Positions 24,597 to 33,756 of a stretch of 44,988 bases of DNA are shown here, piece by piece (within the stretch, counting starts at the first letter, position 1; every line of letters begins with the position of its first letter). Source of the stretch: a virus (Duplodnaviria > Heunggongvirae > Uroviricota > Caudoviricetes); the IMG/VR virus record IMGVR_UViG_643348544_000004; one strand, written 5' to 3'. Under the pieces are notes generated by a model. The model was not told the DNA's origin. It saw only the letters and a program-made list of their open reading frames with translations, and searched no databases. The position numbers and the translations under genes were made by a program.

Positions 24597-26716
24597 ATCA
24601 GGTGAACGAGAGCCATAGCCGCGCATCCGATATCTGGCGCGAAGTGGCCTCGCTGTTTCGCCCACCCAGCCGGTTACCAGTAGCGGAAGCCATCAGGCGT
24701 TATATGCGGGTACCACGGGGAGCCAATACTTCCGGTCCGTGGGAGTCATCGCTGACGCCCTATATGATTGACCCCATTAATACATTATCAGCCCGTGAAT
24801 ATGACGCGGTGGTGTTTGTGGGACCTGCGCGAACCGGGAAAACCGAAGGGCTGATTGATGGCTGGATTGTGTACGGCATCATCTGTGATCCGGCGGATAT
24901 GCTGGTGGTGCAGATGACTGAGACGAAGGCGCGTGAGCATTCCAGAACGCGTCTTTCCAGAACGTTTCGCCACAGTCCGGAGGTCAGCAAGCGCCTCAGT
25001 CCTTCCCGTAATGACAACAACGTCCACGATAAAATGTTTCTTGACGGCTCCTTCCTGAAGATTGGCTGGCCGTCGATCACTGTATTTTCTTCTTCGGATT
25101 ACCGTCGTGTGGCGCTGACGGATTATGACCGTTTCCCTGAAAACGTGGACGGGGAAGGGGATGCCTTCACCCTGGCATCAAAGCGTACCACCACCTTTAT
25201 GTCCTCGGGGATGACCTTGGTCGAGAGTTCGCCGGGGCGGGATATCACTGACACCAAATGGCGCTGTGGCGGCGCACATGAGGCACCGCCAACAACGGGG
25301 ATCCTGTCACTGTATAACCGGGGAGACCGCCGCCGGTGGTACTGGCCGTGTCCGCACTGCGGGGAATATTTTCAGCCGGTGATGGATAACATGACCGGAT
25401 ACCGGAATAACCCGGATTTTGTGGCTGCCGGTCAGGCTGCCCGTCTGATGTGTCCGCATTGTCGCGGGCTGATTGCCCCTGAGCAGAAACGCGAACTGAA
25501 TAACAAAGGGATCTGGCTTCGTGAAGGTGAACGGGCGGTGGCGGACGGCAGTATCACCGGAACACCACGAAATTCCAGGATTGCGTCATTCTGGATGGAG
25601 GGGCCGGCTGCGGCGTTTCAGACCTGGGAACAACTGATTTTTAAACTGCTGGCGGCAGAAGAAGAGTATGAGCGAACCGGCAGTGAAGAGACCCTGAAAG
25701 CGGTGGTGAACACCGATATCGGACGCCCCTATCTGCCCCGTTCAGCCACGGAACAGCGTAAAAGTGAACTGCTTGAACAGCGTGCCGAGCCGTTTCCCCG
25801 GCGATCTGTGCCGGATGGTGTGCGTTTTATTGAGGCAACGGTTGATGTACAGGGCGGTAAAAATCGCCGTTTTGTTGTGCAGATCACCGGATACGGAGAG
25901 CAGGGGGAACGCTGGATTGTTGATCGCTATAACATCCGGCATTCACTGCGCTGCAGTCCCAACGGTGAAAGTCTGCCGGTTGATCCGGCGGCATATCCGG
26001 AGGACTGGGATTTGTTGCTGACGGATGTGTTCCATAAAACATGGCCGCTGGCTTCTGATCCGGATGTGCGCATGCGTCTGATGGCCATGGCGGTGGATAC
26101 GGGAGGGGAAGCCGGGGTGACAGATAACGCCTATCGTTTCTGGCGTCGTTGCCGGAGTGACGGACTGGGCAACAGGGTGTTTCTGTTCAAGGGGGATGGA
26201 CTTCGCCGTGACAGGCTGATTAACCGTACCTTCCCGGATAATACCGGCAGAAGTGCCCGCCGTGCCAGAGCCAGTGGCGATGTCGCGCTGTGGCTGGTTC
26301 AGACGGATGCGTTTAAGGACCGTGTAAATAATGCCCTGTGGCGTGACACACCAGGGCCGAACTATATCCACTTTCCCGACTGGCTGGGGCGATGGTTTTA
26401 CGATGAGCTGACCTATGAAGAGCGCGGCAGTGACGGAAAATGGCGAAAACCGGGTAGGGGAGCTAACGAGGCGTTTGACCTGCTGGTTTATGCGGATGCG
26501 CTTGCCGTTCTGCATGGTTACGAAAAGATCCGCTGGCCCTCCGCACCGGACTGGGCACAGCGGGAAACGTGGCTCGTCTTCCCGCAGGAGCGTTCTGGTG
26601 AAACGGTATCCCCGGAACTGACGGCCGGGGCAGAAAAACGCCGTCGCCGGAAGAAAAAACTGCGGACGGAGCGTGCGGAAGATAATCCATGGATAACATC
26701 AGGAGGCTGGTTGTGA
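24593..26716 (+). CDS. A: Terminase large subunit (gpA-like), 707 aa
   Basis: Walker A-like VGPARTGKTE near N-terminus; position and size typical of lambda gpA. Confidence 0.9.
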   Translation: MNQVNESHSRASDIWREVASLFRPPSRLPVAEAIRRYMRVPRGANTSGPWESSLTPYMIDPINTLSAREYDAVVFVGPARTGKTEGLIDGWIVYGIICDPADMLVVQMTETKAREHSRTRLSRTFRHSPEVSKRLSPSRNDNNVHDKMFLDGSFLKIGWPSITVFSSSDYRRVALTDYDRFPENVDGEGDAFTLASKRTTTFMSSGMTLVESSPGRDITDTKWRCGGAHEAPPTTGILSLYNRGDRRRWYWPCPHCGEYFQPVMDNMTGYRNNPDFVAAGQAARLMCPHCRGLIAPEQKRELNNKGIWLREGERAVADGSITGTPRNSRIASFWMEGPAAAFQTWEQLIFKLLAAEEEYERTGSEETLKAVVNTDIGRPYLPRSATEQRKSELLEQRAEPFPRRSVPDGVRFIEATVDVQGGKNRRFVVQITGYGEQGERWIVDRYNIRHSLRCSPNGESLPVDPAAYPEDWDLLLTDVFHKTWPLASDPDVRMRLMAMAVDTGGEAGVTDNAYRFWRRCRSDGLGNRVFLFKGDGLRRDRLINRTFPDNTGRSARRARASGDVALWLVQTDAFKDRVNNALWRDTPGPNYIHFPDWLGRWFYDELTYEERGSDGKWRKPGRGANEAFDLLVYADALAVLHGYEKIRWPSAPDWAQRETWLVFPQERSGETVSPELTAGAEKRRRRKKKLRTERAEDNPWITSGGWL

Positions 26717-26925
26717 GCACAGAAGAAGCCAGAGAAATGATACAGCGGTACCGTGAAGCGGAAATGGCCGTACTGGAGGGGAAGTCTGTCACCTTCAATG
26801 GACAGCAACTGACGCTGGAAAGCCTTTCTCAGATCCGCGCCGGACGTCAGGAGTGGGAACGCAGGCTTGCCGCGATGGTGAGCCGCAGGCGGGGAAAACC
26901 AGGATTTAAACTGGCGAGGTTTTAA
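26713..26925 (+). CDS. W: Head-tail joining protein W, 70 aa, GTG start after AGGAGG
   Basis: C-terminus RRRGKPGFKLARF resembles lambda W RRRGPAGFYV; stop overlaps portal ATG (TAATG). Confidence 0.7.
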   Translation: MSTEEAREMIQRYREAEMAVLEGKSVTFNGQQLTLESLSQIRAGRQEWERRLAAMVSRRRGKPGFKLARF

Positions 26926-28427
26926 TGGCAATTATTGATGATGTGATAGGCGTGTTTTCCCCCGGCTGGAAAGCAGCCAGACTGCGTTCAAGGGCGTTAA
27001 TCATGGCCTATGAGGCGGTGAAACCGACCCGGACACATAAAGCCCGGCGGGAAAATCGCTCTGCTGATCAGCTCAGTAAATACGGTGCGGTTTCCCTGCG
27101 GGAGCAGGCCCGTTTTCTGGATATCAATCATGACCTGGTGATTGGTGTGTTTGACAAGCTGGAAGAGCGGGTGATTGGTGCCAGGGGAATTATTGTGGAG
27201 CCTCAGCCATTACGAAAAAACGGGGAAATGGCGGCAGAGCTGGCTGCGGATATCCGCCGGTTGTGGGCTGAGTGGTCCGTGAGTCCGGATGTGACAGGGC
27301 AGTATACCCGTCCCGTGCTTGAACGTTTACTGCTGCGGACCTGGCTGCGGGATGGTGAAGTGTTTGCGCAGATGGTCAGTGGTGCGGGAAACGGTCTGGA
27401 ACGGACGGCGGGAGTGCCATTCTGGCTTGAGGCGATGGAGCCGGATTTTGTTCCCATGCGCACTGATGAATCCGCCGGACTGAATCAGGGGGTTTTTCTT
27501 GATGAGTGGGGAAGGCCGAAAAAATATCTGGTTTATAAAAATTATCCGGTCAGCGGCCGGCAGAGTGATACGAAAGAAATCGCTGCCGGAAAAATGATCC
27601 ACCTGAAGTTCACTCGTCGTCTGCATCAGACGAGAGGCTCATCCATGTTATCGGGGGTGCTGATGCGGATCAGTGCCCTTAAGGAGTATGAGGATGCGGA
27701 ACTCACTGCGGCGCGTATTGCCGCGGCGCTGGGACTGTATATCCGTAAAGGTGACGGGCAGGACTATGAAGAGCCGGGGATCAAAGAAACCGACCGGGAA
27801 GTCCATATCACCCCGGGTATTATTTATGACGATTTGCGCAAGGGCGAGGATATCGGCATGGTCAAATCAGACCGTCCCAATCCCAACCTTGAAACTTTCC
27901 GCAACGGCCAGTTGCGTGCAGTGGCAGCGGGCAGTCGTCTGAGTTTTTCCAGTGCGGCGCGTAACTATAACGGCACCTACAGTGCCCAGCGGCAGGAGCT
28001 GGTCGAGTCCACGGATGGTTACCTGATCCTGCAGGACTGTTTTATTGGCGCGGTAACCCGTCCGGTGTACCGGACATGGCTGAATATGGTGGTTGCGGCA
28101 GGTCTGCTGAAAATTCCGGCGGATGTGGAGATGAAAACGCTATATAACGCGACGTATTCCGGTCCGGTGATGCCGTGGATCGACCCGGTTAAGGAAGCTG
28201 AAGCCTGGAGAATTCAGATCCGGGGTGGTGCAGCGACAGAATCTGACTGGGTGCGTGCCGGCGGGCGCAATCCGGATGAGGTCAAACGTCGCCGCAAGGC
28301 TGAAATTGATGAAAACAGCAGACTGGGGCTGGTCTTTGATACTGACCCCGTCAACGACAAAGGAGGCAACAGTGCCGGAACTGAACAACAGCGTCAGCAG
28401 GCCACCGACAGCCAGCATGAAGAATAA
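26925..28427 (+). CDS. B: Portal protein (gpB-like), 500 aa
   Basis: Size, position and sequence typical of lambda-family portal. Confidence 0.9.
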   Translation: MAIIDDVIGVFSPGWKAARLRSRALIMAYEAVKPTRTHKARRENRSADQLSKYGAVSLREQARFLDINHDLVIGVFDKLEERVIGARGIIVEPQPLRKNGEMAAELAADIRRLWAEWSVSPDVTGQYTRPVLERLLLRTWLRDGEVFAQMVSGAGNGLERTAGVPFWLEAMEPDFVPMRTDESAGLNQGVFLDEWGRPKKYLVYKNYPVSGRQSDTKEIAAGKMIHLKFTRRLHQTRGSSMLSGVLMRISALKEYEDAELTAARIAAALGLYIRKGDGQDYEEPGIKETDREVHITPGIIYDDLRKGEDIGMVKSDRPNPNLETFRNGQLRAVAAGSRLSFSSAARNYNGTYSAQRQELVESTDGYLILQDCFIGAVTRPVYRTWLNMVVAAGLLKIPADVEMKTLYNATYSGPVMPWIDPVKEAEAWRIQIRGGAATESDWVRAGGRNPDEVKRRRKAEIDENSRLGLVFDTDPVNDKGGNSAGTEQQRQQATDSQHEE

Positions 28428-30396
28428 ATCCTGGTTCAGGATGCAGGCGGGTGGTCAGGGTGAGGCGGATATTTATATTTATGACGAGATTGGTTTCTGG
28501 GGAGTTACCGCGAAGCAGTTTGTCAGCGATATGAATGCCCTGGGTGATATCACCCACATTAATCTCCACATCAACTCACCGGGTGGCGATGTCTTTGAAG
28601 GCATCGCCATTTTTAATGCCCTGAAAAATCACGGTGCGGCCATTACCGTGTATGTGGATGGCGTTGCCGCCTCGATGGCATCCCTGATTGCGATGGCCGG
28701 TGACACGGTCATTATGCCGGAAAATGCCTTCATGATGATCCATAAACCCTGGGGGATCAGCGGTGGTGATGCGGAGAAAATGCGCACTTATGCCGAACGT
28801 CTGGACAAACTTGAGTCGGTTATGGTGCCGGTATATGCGCAGAAAACCGGAAAAACTACCGATGAAATTGCCGCCATGCTGGCGGATGAGACCTGGATGT
28901 CCGGTGCCGAGTGTCTGGCACACGGATTTGCAGACCAGGTGACGCCAGCCGTTAAGGCAATGGCATGTATTCAGTCAAAACGTACAGAGGAATTTAAAAA
29001 GATGCCGGAATCCATCCGAAATATGATCACGCAGCCATACAACAGTGCCCCGCGTGATACCACAGTGACAATCCCTGCACCGGCGGTAACAGAACCATCA
29101 CCGGTACCGGCAGTGTCTGATGAGGCGACCATTCGCGCCCGCGTTATGGCAGAACAGAAAGCCCGCATGTCAGGCATTAACGATCTGTTTGCCATGTTCG
29201 GCGGTCGCTATCAGACGCTTCAGGCACAGTGCGTGGCTGATCCTGACTGTTCGCTGGAAATGGCCCGTGAACGTCTGCTGAATGAAATGGGCAAGGAGTC
29301 CTCGCCGACCAACAAAAATACACCGGCTCATATTTATGCCGGAAACGGCAATTTTGTGGGGGACGGGATCCGCCAGGCGATGCTGGCCCGTGCCGGATTT
29401 GAAAATGTCGAGAAGGATAACGCCTATAACGGGATGACCCTGCGTGAATGGGCTCGCATGTCACTGACGGAGCGCGGTATTGGGGTGGCCAGTTATAACC
29501 CCATGCAGATGGTCGGGCTGGCGCTGACGCACAGCACCTCTGATTTTGGCAATATTCTGCTGGATGTGTCGAACAAGGGGCTGATCCAGGGCTGGGAGGA
29601 ATCAGAAGAAACCTTCCAGAAGTGGACCCGTAAGGGACGCCTGTCAGACTTCAAAACAGCGTATCGCGTGGGGATGGGCGGTTTTGGTTCTCTGCGCCAG
29701 GTTCGTGAGGGGGCGGAGTATAAATACATCACCACCTCAGATCGCAAGGAGACCATTGCACTGGCCACTTACGGGGAGATTTTCTCCATCACCCGCCAGG
29801 CCATTATCAATGATGATCTGAATATGCTGGTGGACGTGCCGATGAAGATGGGGCGTGCGGCGAAGGCAACGATTGGTGACCTGGTTTACAAGGTGCTGAC
29901 GGATAACCCGAAACTGTCAGACGGTAAGGCGCTGTTCCATGCCGATCACAAAAATATTGCCACCGGTGGGGTTTCCGTTTCCGGACTGGATGCGGCCCGT
30001 CAGATGATGCGCCTGCAGAAAGAAGGCGATCGCGCCCTGAATATCCGTCCGGCCTTTATGCTGGTACCGGTGGCACTGGAGACGGTGGCGAACCAGACCA
30101 TCAAATCGGCCAGTGTGAAAGGGGCGGATGCAAACGCCGGTGTCATTAACCCCATCCAGAACTTTGCTGAGGTGATTGCAGAAGCGCGTCTTGATGCGGC
30201 AGATCCGAAAACCTGGTATCTGGCGGCGGCACAGGGCACTGACACCATTGAAGTGGCCTGGCTGGATGGTGTGGACACGCCATACATTGATCAGCAGGAA
30301 GGTTTCACCACTGACGGCATTGCCACAAAAATCCGTATTGATGCCGGAGTGGCACCACTTGACTGGCGCGGGCTGGTGCGTTCGTCGGTGGCCTGA
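28417..30396 (+). CDS. Prohead protease (ClpP/S49-like) fused to major capsid protein, about 659 aa
   Basis: Start MKNKSWFRMQ chosen just before portal stop; N-terminal ClpP-like region (HINLHINSPGGDV...), C-terminal capsid-like domain; upstream 64 codons of the track ORF overlap portal and are rejected. Confidence 0.8.
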   Translation: MKNKSWFRMQAGGQGEADIYIYDEIGFWGVTAKQFVSDMNALGDITHINLHINSPGGDVFEGIAIFNALKNHGAAITVYVDGVAASMASLIAMAGDTVIMPENAFMMIHKPWGISGGDAEKMRTYAERLDKLESVMVPVYAQKTGKTTDEIAAMLADETWMSGAECLAHGFADQVTPAVKAMACIQSKRTEEFKKMPESIRNMITQPYNSAPRDTTVTIPAPAVTEPSPVPAVSDEATIRARVMAEQKARMSGINDLFAMFGGRYQTLQAQCVADPDCSLEMARERLLNEMGKESSPTNKNTPAHIYAGNGNFVGDGIRQAMLARAGFENVEKDNAYNGMTLREWARMSLTERGIGVASYNPMQMVGLALTHSTSDFGNILLDVSNKGLIQGWEESEETFQKWTRKGRLSDFKTAYRVGMGGFGSLRQVREGAEYKYITTSDRKETIALATYGEIFSITRQAIINDDLNMLVDVPMKMGRAAKATIGDLVYKVLTDNPKLSDGKALFHADHKNIATGGVSVSGLDAARQMMRLQKEGDRALNIRPAFMLVPVALETVANQTIKSASVKGADANAGVINPIQNFAEVIAEARLDAADPKTWYLAAAQGTDTIEVAWLDGVDTPYIDQQEGFTTDGIATKIRIDAGVAPLDWRGLVRSSVA

Positions 30397-30483
30397 TAAC
30401 CGAGTTATCACAATCACTGCCCGAAAGGGCTTTTTTTATGCCTGAAAAACAGCCCCACAGGGGCTGTCCGGAGAAACAGCATT

Positions 30484-30810
30484 ATGGCGAAAAATTTTGT
30501 ACAGGACGGTACCACCATTGAACTGGTGAATGCCGGAGATCAGACCATCCTGAGCGGTGCTGCGGTGGTGGTCGGCAGTATGGTGGCCGTGGCCATTACC
30601 GATATTCCTGCCGGTGATGCCGGTGACGGTTTTGCCGAAGGCGTGTTCCTTCTGCCCAAACAGTCTGCTGACGACATTCAGTCCGGCGCGGTGGTTTATC
30701 TGAAGGACGGGGTTGTGCAGCTGGCTGCAGAGGGTGCGGTGGCCGCGGGGGTAGCCTGGGAAAATGCTCCTGCAAACAGCGCCACTGTGGCGGTAAAAAT
30801 CAATGTCTGA
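30484..30810 (+). CDS. Putative head decoration/accessory protein, 108 aa
   Basis: Small Ala/Gly/Val-rich protein immediately after capsid gene; assignment by position only. Confidence 0.4.
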   Translation: MAKNFVQDGTTIELVNAGDQTILSGAAVVVGSMVAVAITDIPAGDAGDGFAEGVFLLPKQSADDIQSGAVVYLKDGVVQLAAEGAVAAGVAWENAPANSATVAVKINV

Positions 30811-31084
30811 TCTGTTTACGCGAATGTGTTGCCGGATGGACGGGGCGACCGTTCGGGTGATGGGCAAACAGGCGGAGATTAACGGCGTCGTGTATGACGT
30901 GATGCCGGAGGAAGAGTCCGCGGAGATGGGGGCGCTTTCGGGCAGCCAGTTGTCACTGGTGGTGTTTTCAGCCCGGTACCGTCCGGCCCGTCATGATGTT
31001 GTTGTGTTTGCGGGGCGCACACTGACGGTGACCCGTTATGACACGTACAACGGTAAACCCCGGATTTTTGTCGAACAGGAATGA
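30803..31084 (+). CDS. Putative head-tail joining protein (FII-position), 93 aa
   Basis: Position between head genes and gpZ homolog; weak resemblance to lambda FII. Confidence 0.4.
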   Translation: MSDLFTRMCCRMDGATVRVMGKQAEINGVVYDVMPEEESAEMGALSGSQLSLVVFSARYRPARHDVVVFAGRTLTVTRYDTYNGKPRIFVEQE

Positions 31085-31710
31085 GTATGGCAATAAAAGG
31101 TCTGGCGCAGGCCATGAAAAATCTGGATGCAATTGACCGCCGTGCCGTTCCCCGGGCTGCCGCCACGACACTTAACCGTGTGGCGGAGTCCATCATCGCG
31201 AAAACGGCCTCTTCGGTTGCCAGGGAGCTGGCGGTTCCGCGCCGTCTCATCCGTGAGCGTATCCGCCTGCAACGGGCCAGCGCAGACAGGGTTTATGCGA
31301 AGGTCATCATCAACACCGGTAATCTGCCCGCCATAAAACTGGGGACGGCCAGCGTGCGGCTTTCCCGCAGAAAGCGACGAAAGAAAGGCGAGCGTTCGGT
31401 CACGAAAGGGGGCGGCAGTGTGCTGATTGTGGGGAAAAGACGGATCCCGGACGCCTTTATCACCCGGCTGGCTAACGGACGCTGGCATGTGATGCAGCGT
31501 ATGCCGTGGGCACCATCGTCCACCGGTGCTGACAGCAAAGGGAGGCCGAAACGCCACCGTCTGCCGATTGAAGTGGTGAAAATTCCGACTGCCGGACCGC
31601 TGGCAGAAACCTTTGAACGTGAACGGGACCGGATGTACCGGGAAAAATTACCGGCGCAGATGATGAAAGCCATGACGCATCAGTTACGCCTGGTGCTGAA
31701 AAGAAAATGA
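31081..31710 (+). CDS. Z: Minor tail protein Z, 209 aa
   Basis: MAIKGLAQAMKNLD..., NGRWHVMQR..., IEVVKIP... closely match lambda gpZ from memory. Confidence 0.85.
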   Translation: MSMAIKGLAQAMKNLDAIDRRAVPRAAATTLNRVAESIIAKTASSVARELAVPRRLIRERIRLQRASADRVYAKVIINTGNLPAIKLGTASVRLSRRKRRKKGERSVTKGGGSVLIVGKRRIPDAFITRLANGRWHVMQRMPWAPSSTGADSKGRPKRHRLPIEVVKIPTAGPLAETFERERDRMYREKLPAQMMKAMTHQLRLVLKRK

Positions 31711-31722
31711 CAGGGAGGGTGT

Positions 31723-32121
31723 ATGAAACACCGTGAAATACGGACGGCAGTTCTGTCTGCCCTGAAAGACAATATTTCTGAGCGGGTGAGCTGGTTTGAC
31801 GGCCGCCCGGTTTTTATTGATGAACAGGAACTGCCTGCTGTTGCTGTTTACCTGACTGATGCGTCTGCTGCTGACGAGTTCGTTGATGAGGGGACCTGGG
31901 AGGCGACACTGCATATTGAAGTTTTTCTCAGGGCAAAAGAACCGGACTCGGCACTGGATATGTGGATGGAAGAGAAAATCCTTCCTGCGCTGGAGGCGGT
32001 TCCCGGCCTCAGTGCGTTACTGCTGAAGATGAATCTTCAGGGGTATGACTACCGCCGGGATGATGAGTTTATGATGTGGGGATCGGCAGATCTCCTGTGG
32101 AAAATTACCTACGAGATGTGA
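31723..32121 (+). CDS. U: Tail terminator protein U, 132 aa
   Basis: [11 protein letters not shown]..., LHIEVFL..., GYDYRRDD..., ITYEM match lambda gpU. Confidence 0.9.
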   Translation: MKHREIRTAVLSALKDNISERVSWFDGRPVFIDEQELPAVAVYLTDASAADEFVDEGTWEATLHIEVFLRAKEPDSALDMWMEEKILPALEAVPGLSALLLKMNLQGYDYRRDDEFMMWGSADLLWKITYEM

Positions 32122-32128
32122 GGACGAT

Positions 32129-32875
32129 ATGGCAATACCAAATCCTCTTGAGCCGGTGAAAGGTTCCGGCACCACACTATGGGTGTACACCGGCAAGGAT
32201 GATGCTTATGCCAACCCGTTGTCAGATGATGGCTGGCAGCGACTGGCTAAGGTGAAGGATCTGACGCCGGGCGAGATGACGGCTGAATCCTACGATGATA
32301 ACTACCTGGATGATGAAGACGCGGACTGGACCGCGACCGGGCAGGGACAGAAATCTGCAGGTGATACCAGTTTTACGCTGGCCTGGAAACCGGGAGAGGA
32401 AGGCCAGAAAGGGCTTATAGGCTGGTTTGAAAGCGGCGATGTCCGGGCCTATAAAATCCGTTTTCCGAATGGCATGGTGGATGTGTTTCGTGGCTGGGTC
32501 AGCAGTATCGGTAAGGCCGTGACGGCGAAAGAAGTGATCACCCGCACGGTGAAAGTCACTAACGTGGGTAAACCTTCTGTAGCGGAAGAACGCAGCAAAA
32601 TTACGCCGGTCACTGCAATTAAGGTAACGCCGACAGGTACGGTTGAAAAAGGGAAAACAACCACCCTGACCGTTACTGTGGAACCGGAAAATGCAACGGA
32701 TAAGACATTCAGGGCGATTTCCGCCGATCCATCAAAAGCCACCATTAGCGTGAAAGATATGACGATTACTGTGACGGGGGTTAAGGATGGAAAAGTCAGC
32801 ATCCCTGTGATTTCCGGTAATGGTCAGTTTGCTGCGGTGGCTGAAATTACCGTTAATAATGTGCCGGGTGGCTAA
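32129..32875 (+). CDS. V: Major tail protein V with C-terminal Ig-like domain, 248 aa
   Basis: Strong match to lambda gpV ([71 protein letters not shown]). Confidence 0.9.
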   Translation: MAIPNPLEPVKGSGTTLWVYTGKDDAYANPLSDDGWQRLAKVKDLTPGEMTAESYDDNYLDDEDADWTATGQGQKSAGDTSFTLAWKPGEEGQKGLIGWFESGDVRAYKIRFPNGMVDVFRGWVSSIGKAVTAKEVITRTVKVTNVGKPSVAEERSKITPVTAIKVTPTGTVEKGKTTTLTVTVEPENATDKTFRAISADPSKATISVKDMTITVTGVKDGKVSIPVISGNGQFAAVAEITVNNVPGG

Positions 32876-32893
32876 AGAGCTGAGAGATAAGCG

Positions 32894-33325
32894 ATGTTCC
32901 TGAAAACAGAACAATTTGAATATAACGGTGTATCCGTCACGCTTTCTGAGCTGTCTGCGCTGCAGCGTATTGAGCATCTTGCCCTCCTGAAACGGCGGGC
33001 AGAAGAGGCTGAAGCCAGCGGCAACCTGCAGGTGAGTGTGGAAGATCTTGTCAGAACCGGCGCGTTTCTGGTGGCGATGTCCCTGTGGCATAACCATCCA
33101 CAGAAAACGCAGTCACCGTCAATGAATGAGGCCGTGATGAAGATAGAGCAGGAAGTGCTCACCACCTGGCCTGCCGATGCCATTGCCCGGGCGGAAGACG
33201 TGGTGTTGTGCCTGTCCGGGATGATCGAAGCTGTTCGTCCGGATACTGATATTACTGAAGTGGCGAAAAATAACACGCTGACTGATGATGATTTTTCTGC
33301 GGGAAAGTCTTCGACGGTGAGCTGA
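32894..33325 (+). CDS. G: Tail assembly chaperone G, 143 aa
   Basis: Strong match to lambda gpG (MFLKTE.F.YNGV.VTLSELSALQRIEHLAL, AFLVAMSLWHNHPQKTQ). Confidence 0.9.
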   Translation: MFLKTEQFEYNGVSVTLSELSALQRIEHLALLKRRAEEAEASGNLQVSVEDLVRTGAFLVAMSLWHNHPQKTQSPSMNEAVMKIEQEVLTTWPADAIARAEDVVLCLSGMIEAVRPDTDITEVAKNNTLTDDDFSAGKSSTVS

Positions 33326-33756
33326 ACTTTGCCCTCAGACTGGCGCGTGAGATGGGGAGACCCGACTGGCGCGCCATGCTTGCCGGGATGACATCCACCG
33401 AATATGCCGACTGGCACCGTTTTTACCGCACGCATTATTTTCAGGATACCCAGCTGGATATGCATTTTTCCGGGCTGACGTACGCTGTACTTAGCCTGTT
33501 TTTTTGCGATCCGGATATGCATCCCTCTGATTTCAGTCTGCTGGCACCCCGACGTGATGATGAGCAGACGGAGATGCCGGATGAGGACGATATGCTGATG
33601 CGGAAAGCGGCAGGTCTTTCTGGTGGTGTCCGCTTTGGGGCTGACGGGAAGGAAATCGTTATGGTCAGTGATGACATGCGGAGCAGTACAGAGGATGAAG
33701 CCATGCTGATGATGGTGTCTGAGGGAATTCCAGGAGGTGTACGCTATGGCGGGTAA
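32894..33756 (+). CDS. T: Tail assembly chaperone G-T fusion produced by programmed -1 frameshift at slippery heptamer GGGAAAG (33301-33307)
   Basis: Slippery site G GGA AAG in the G zero frame near the G stop; -1 frame continues into the 134-aa T frame ending 33756, as in lambda G-T. Confidence 0.7.

Noticed and set aside
28225-28416. N-terminal 64-codon extension of the protease-capsid ORF
   Set aside because: Overlaps the portal gene in another frame; a start at MKNKSW (28417) next to the portal stop is more plausible.
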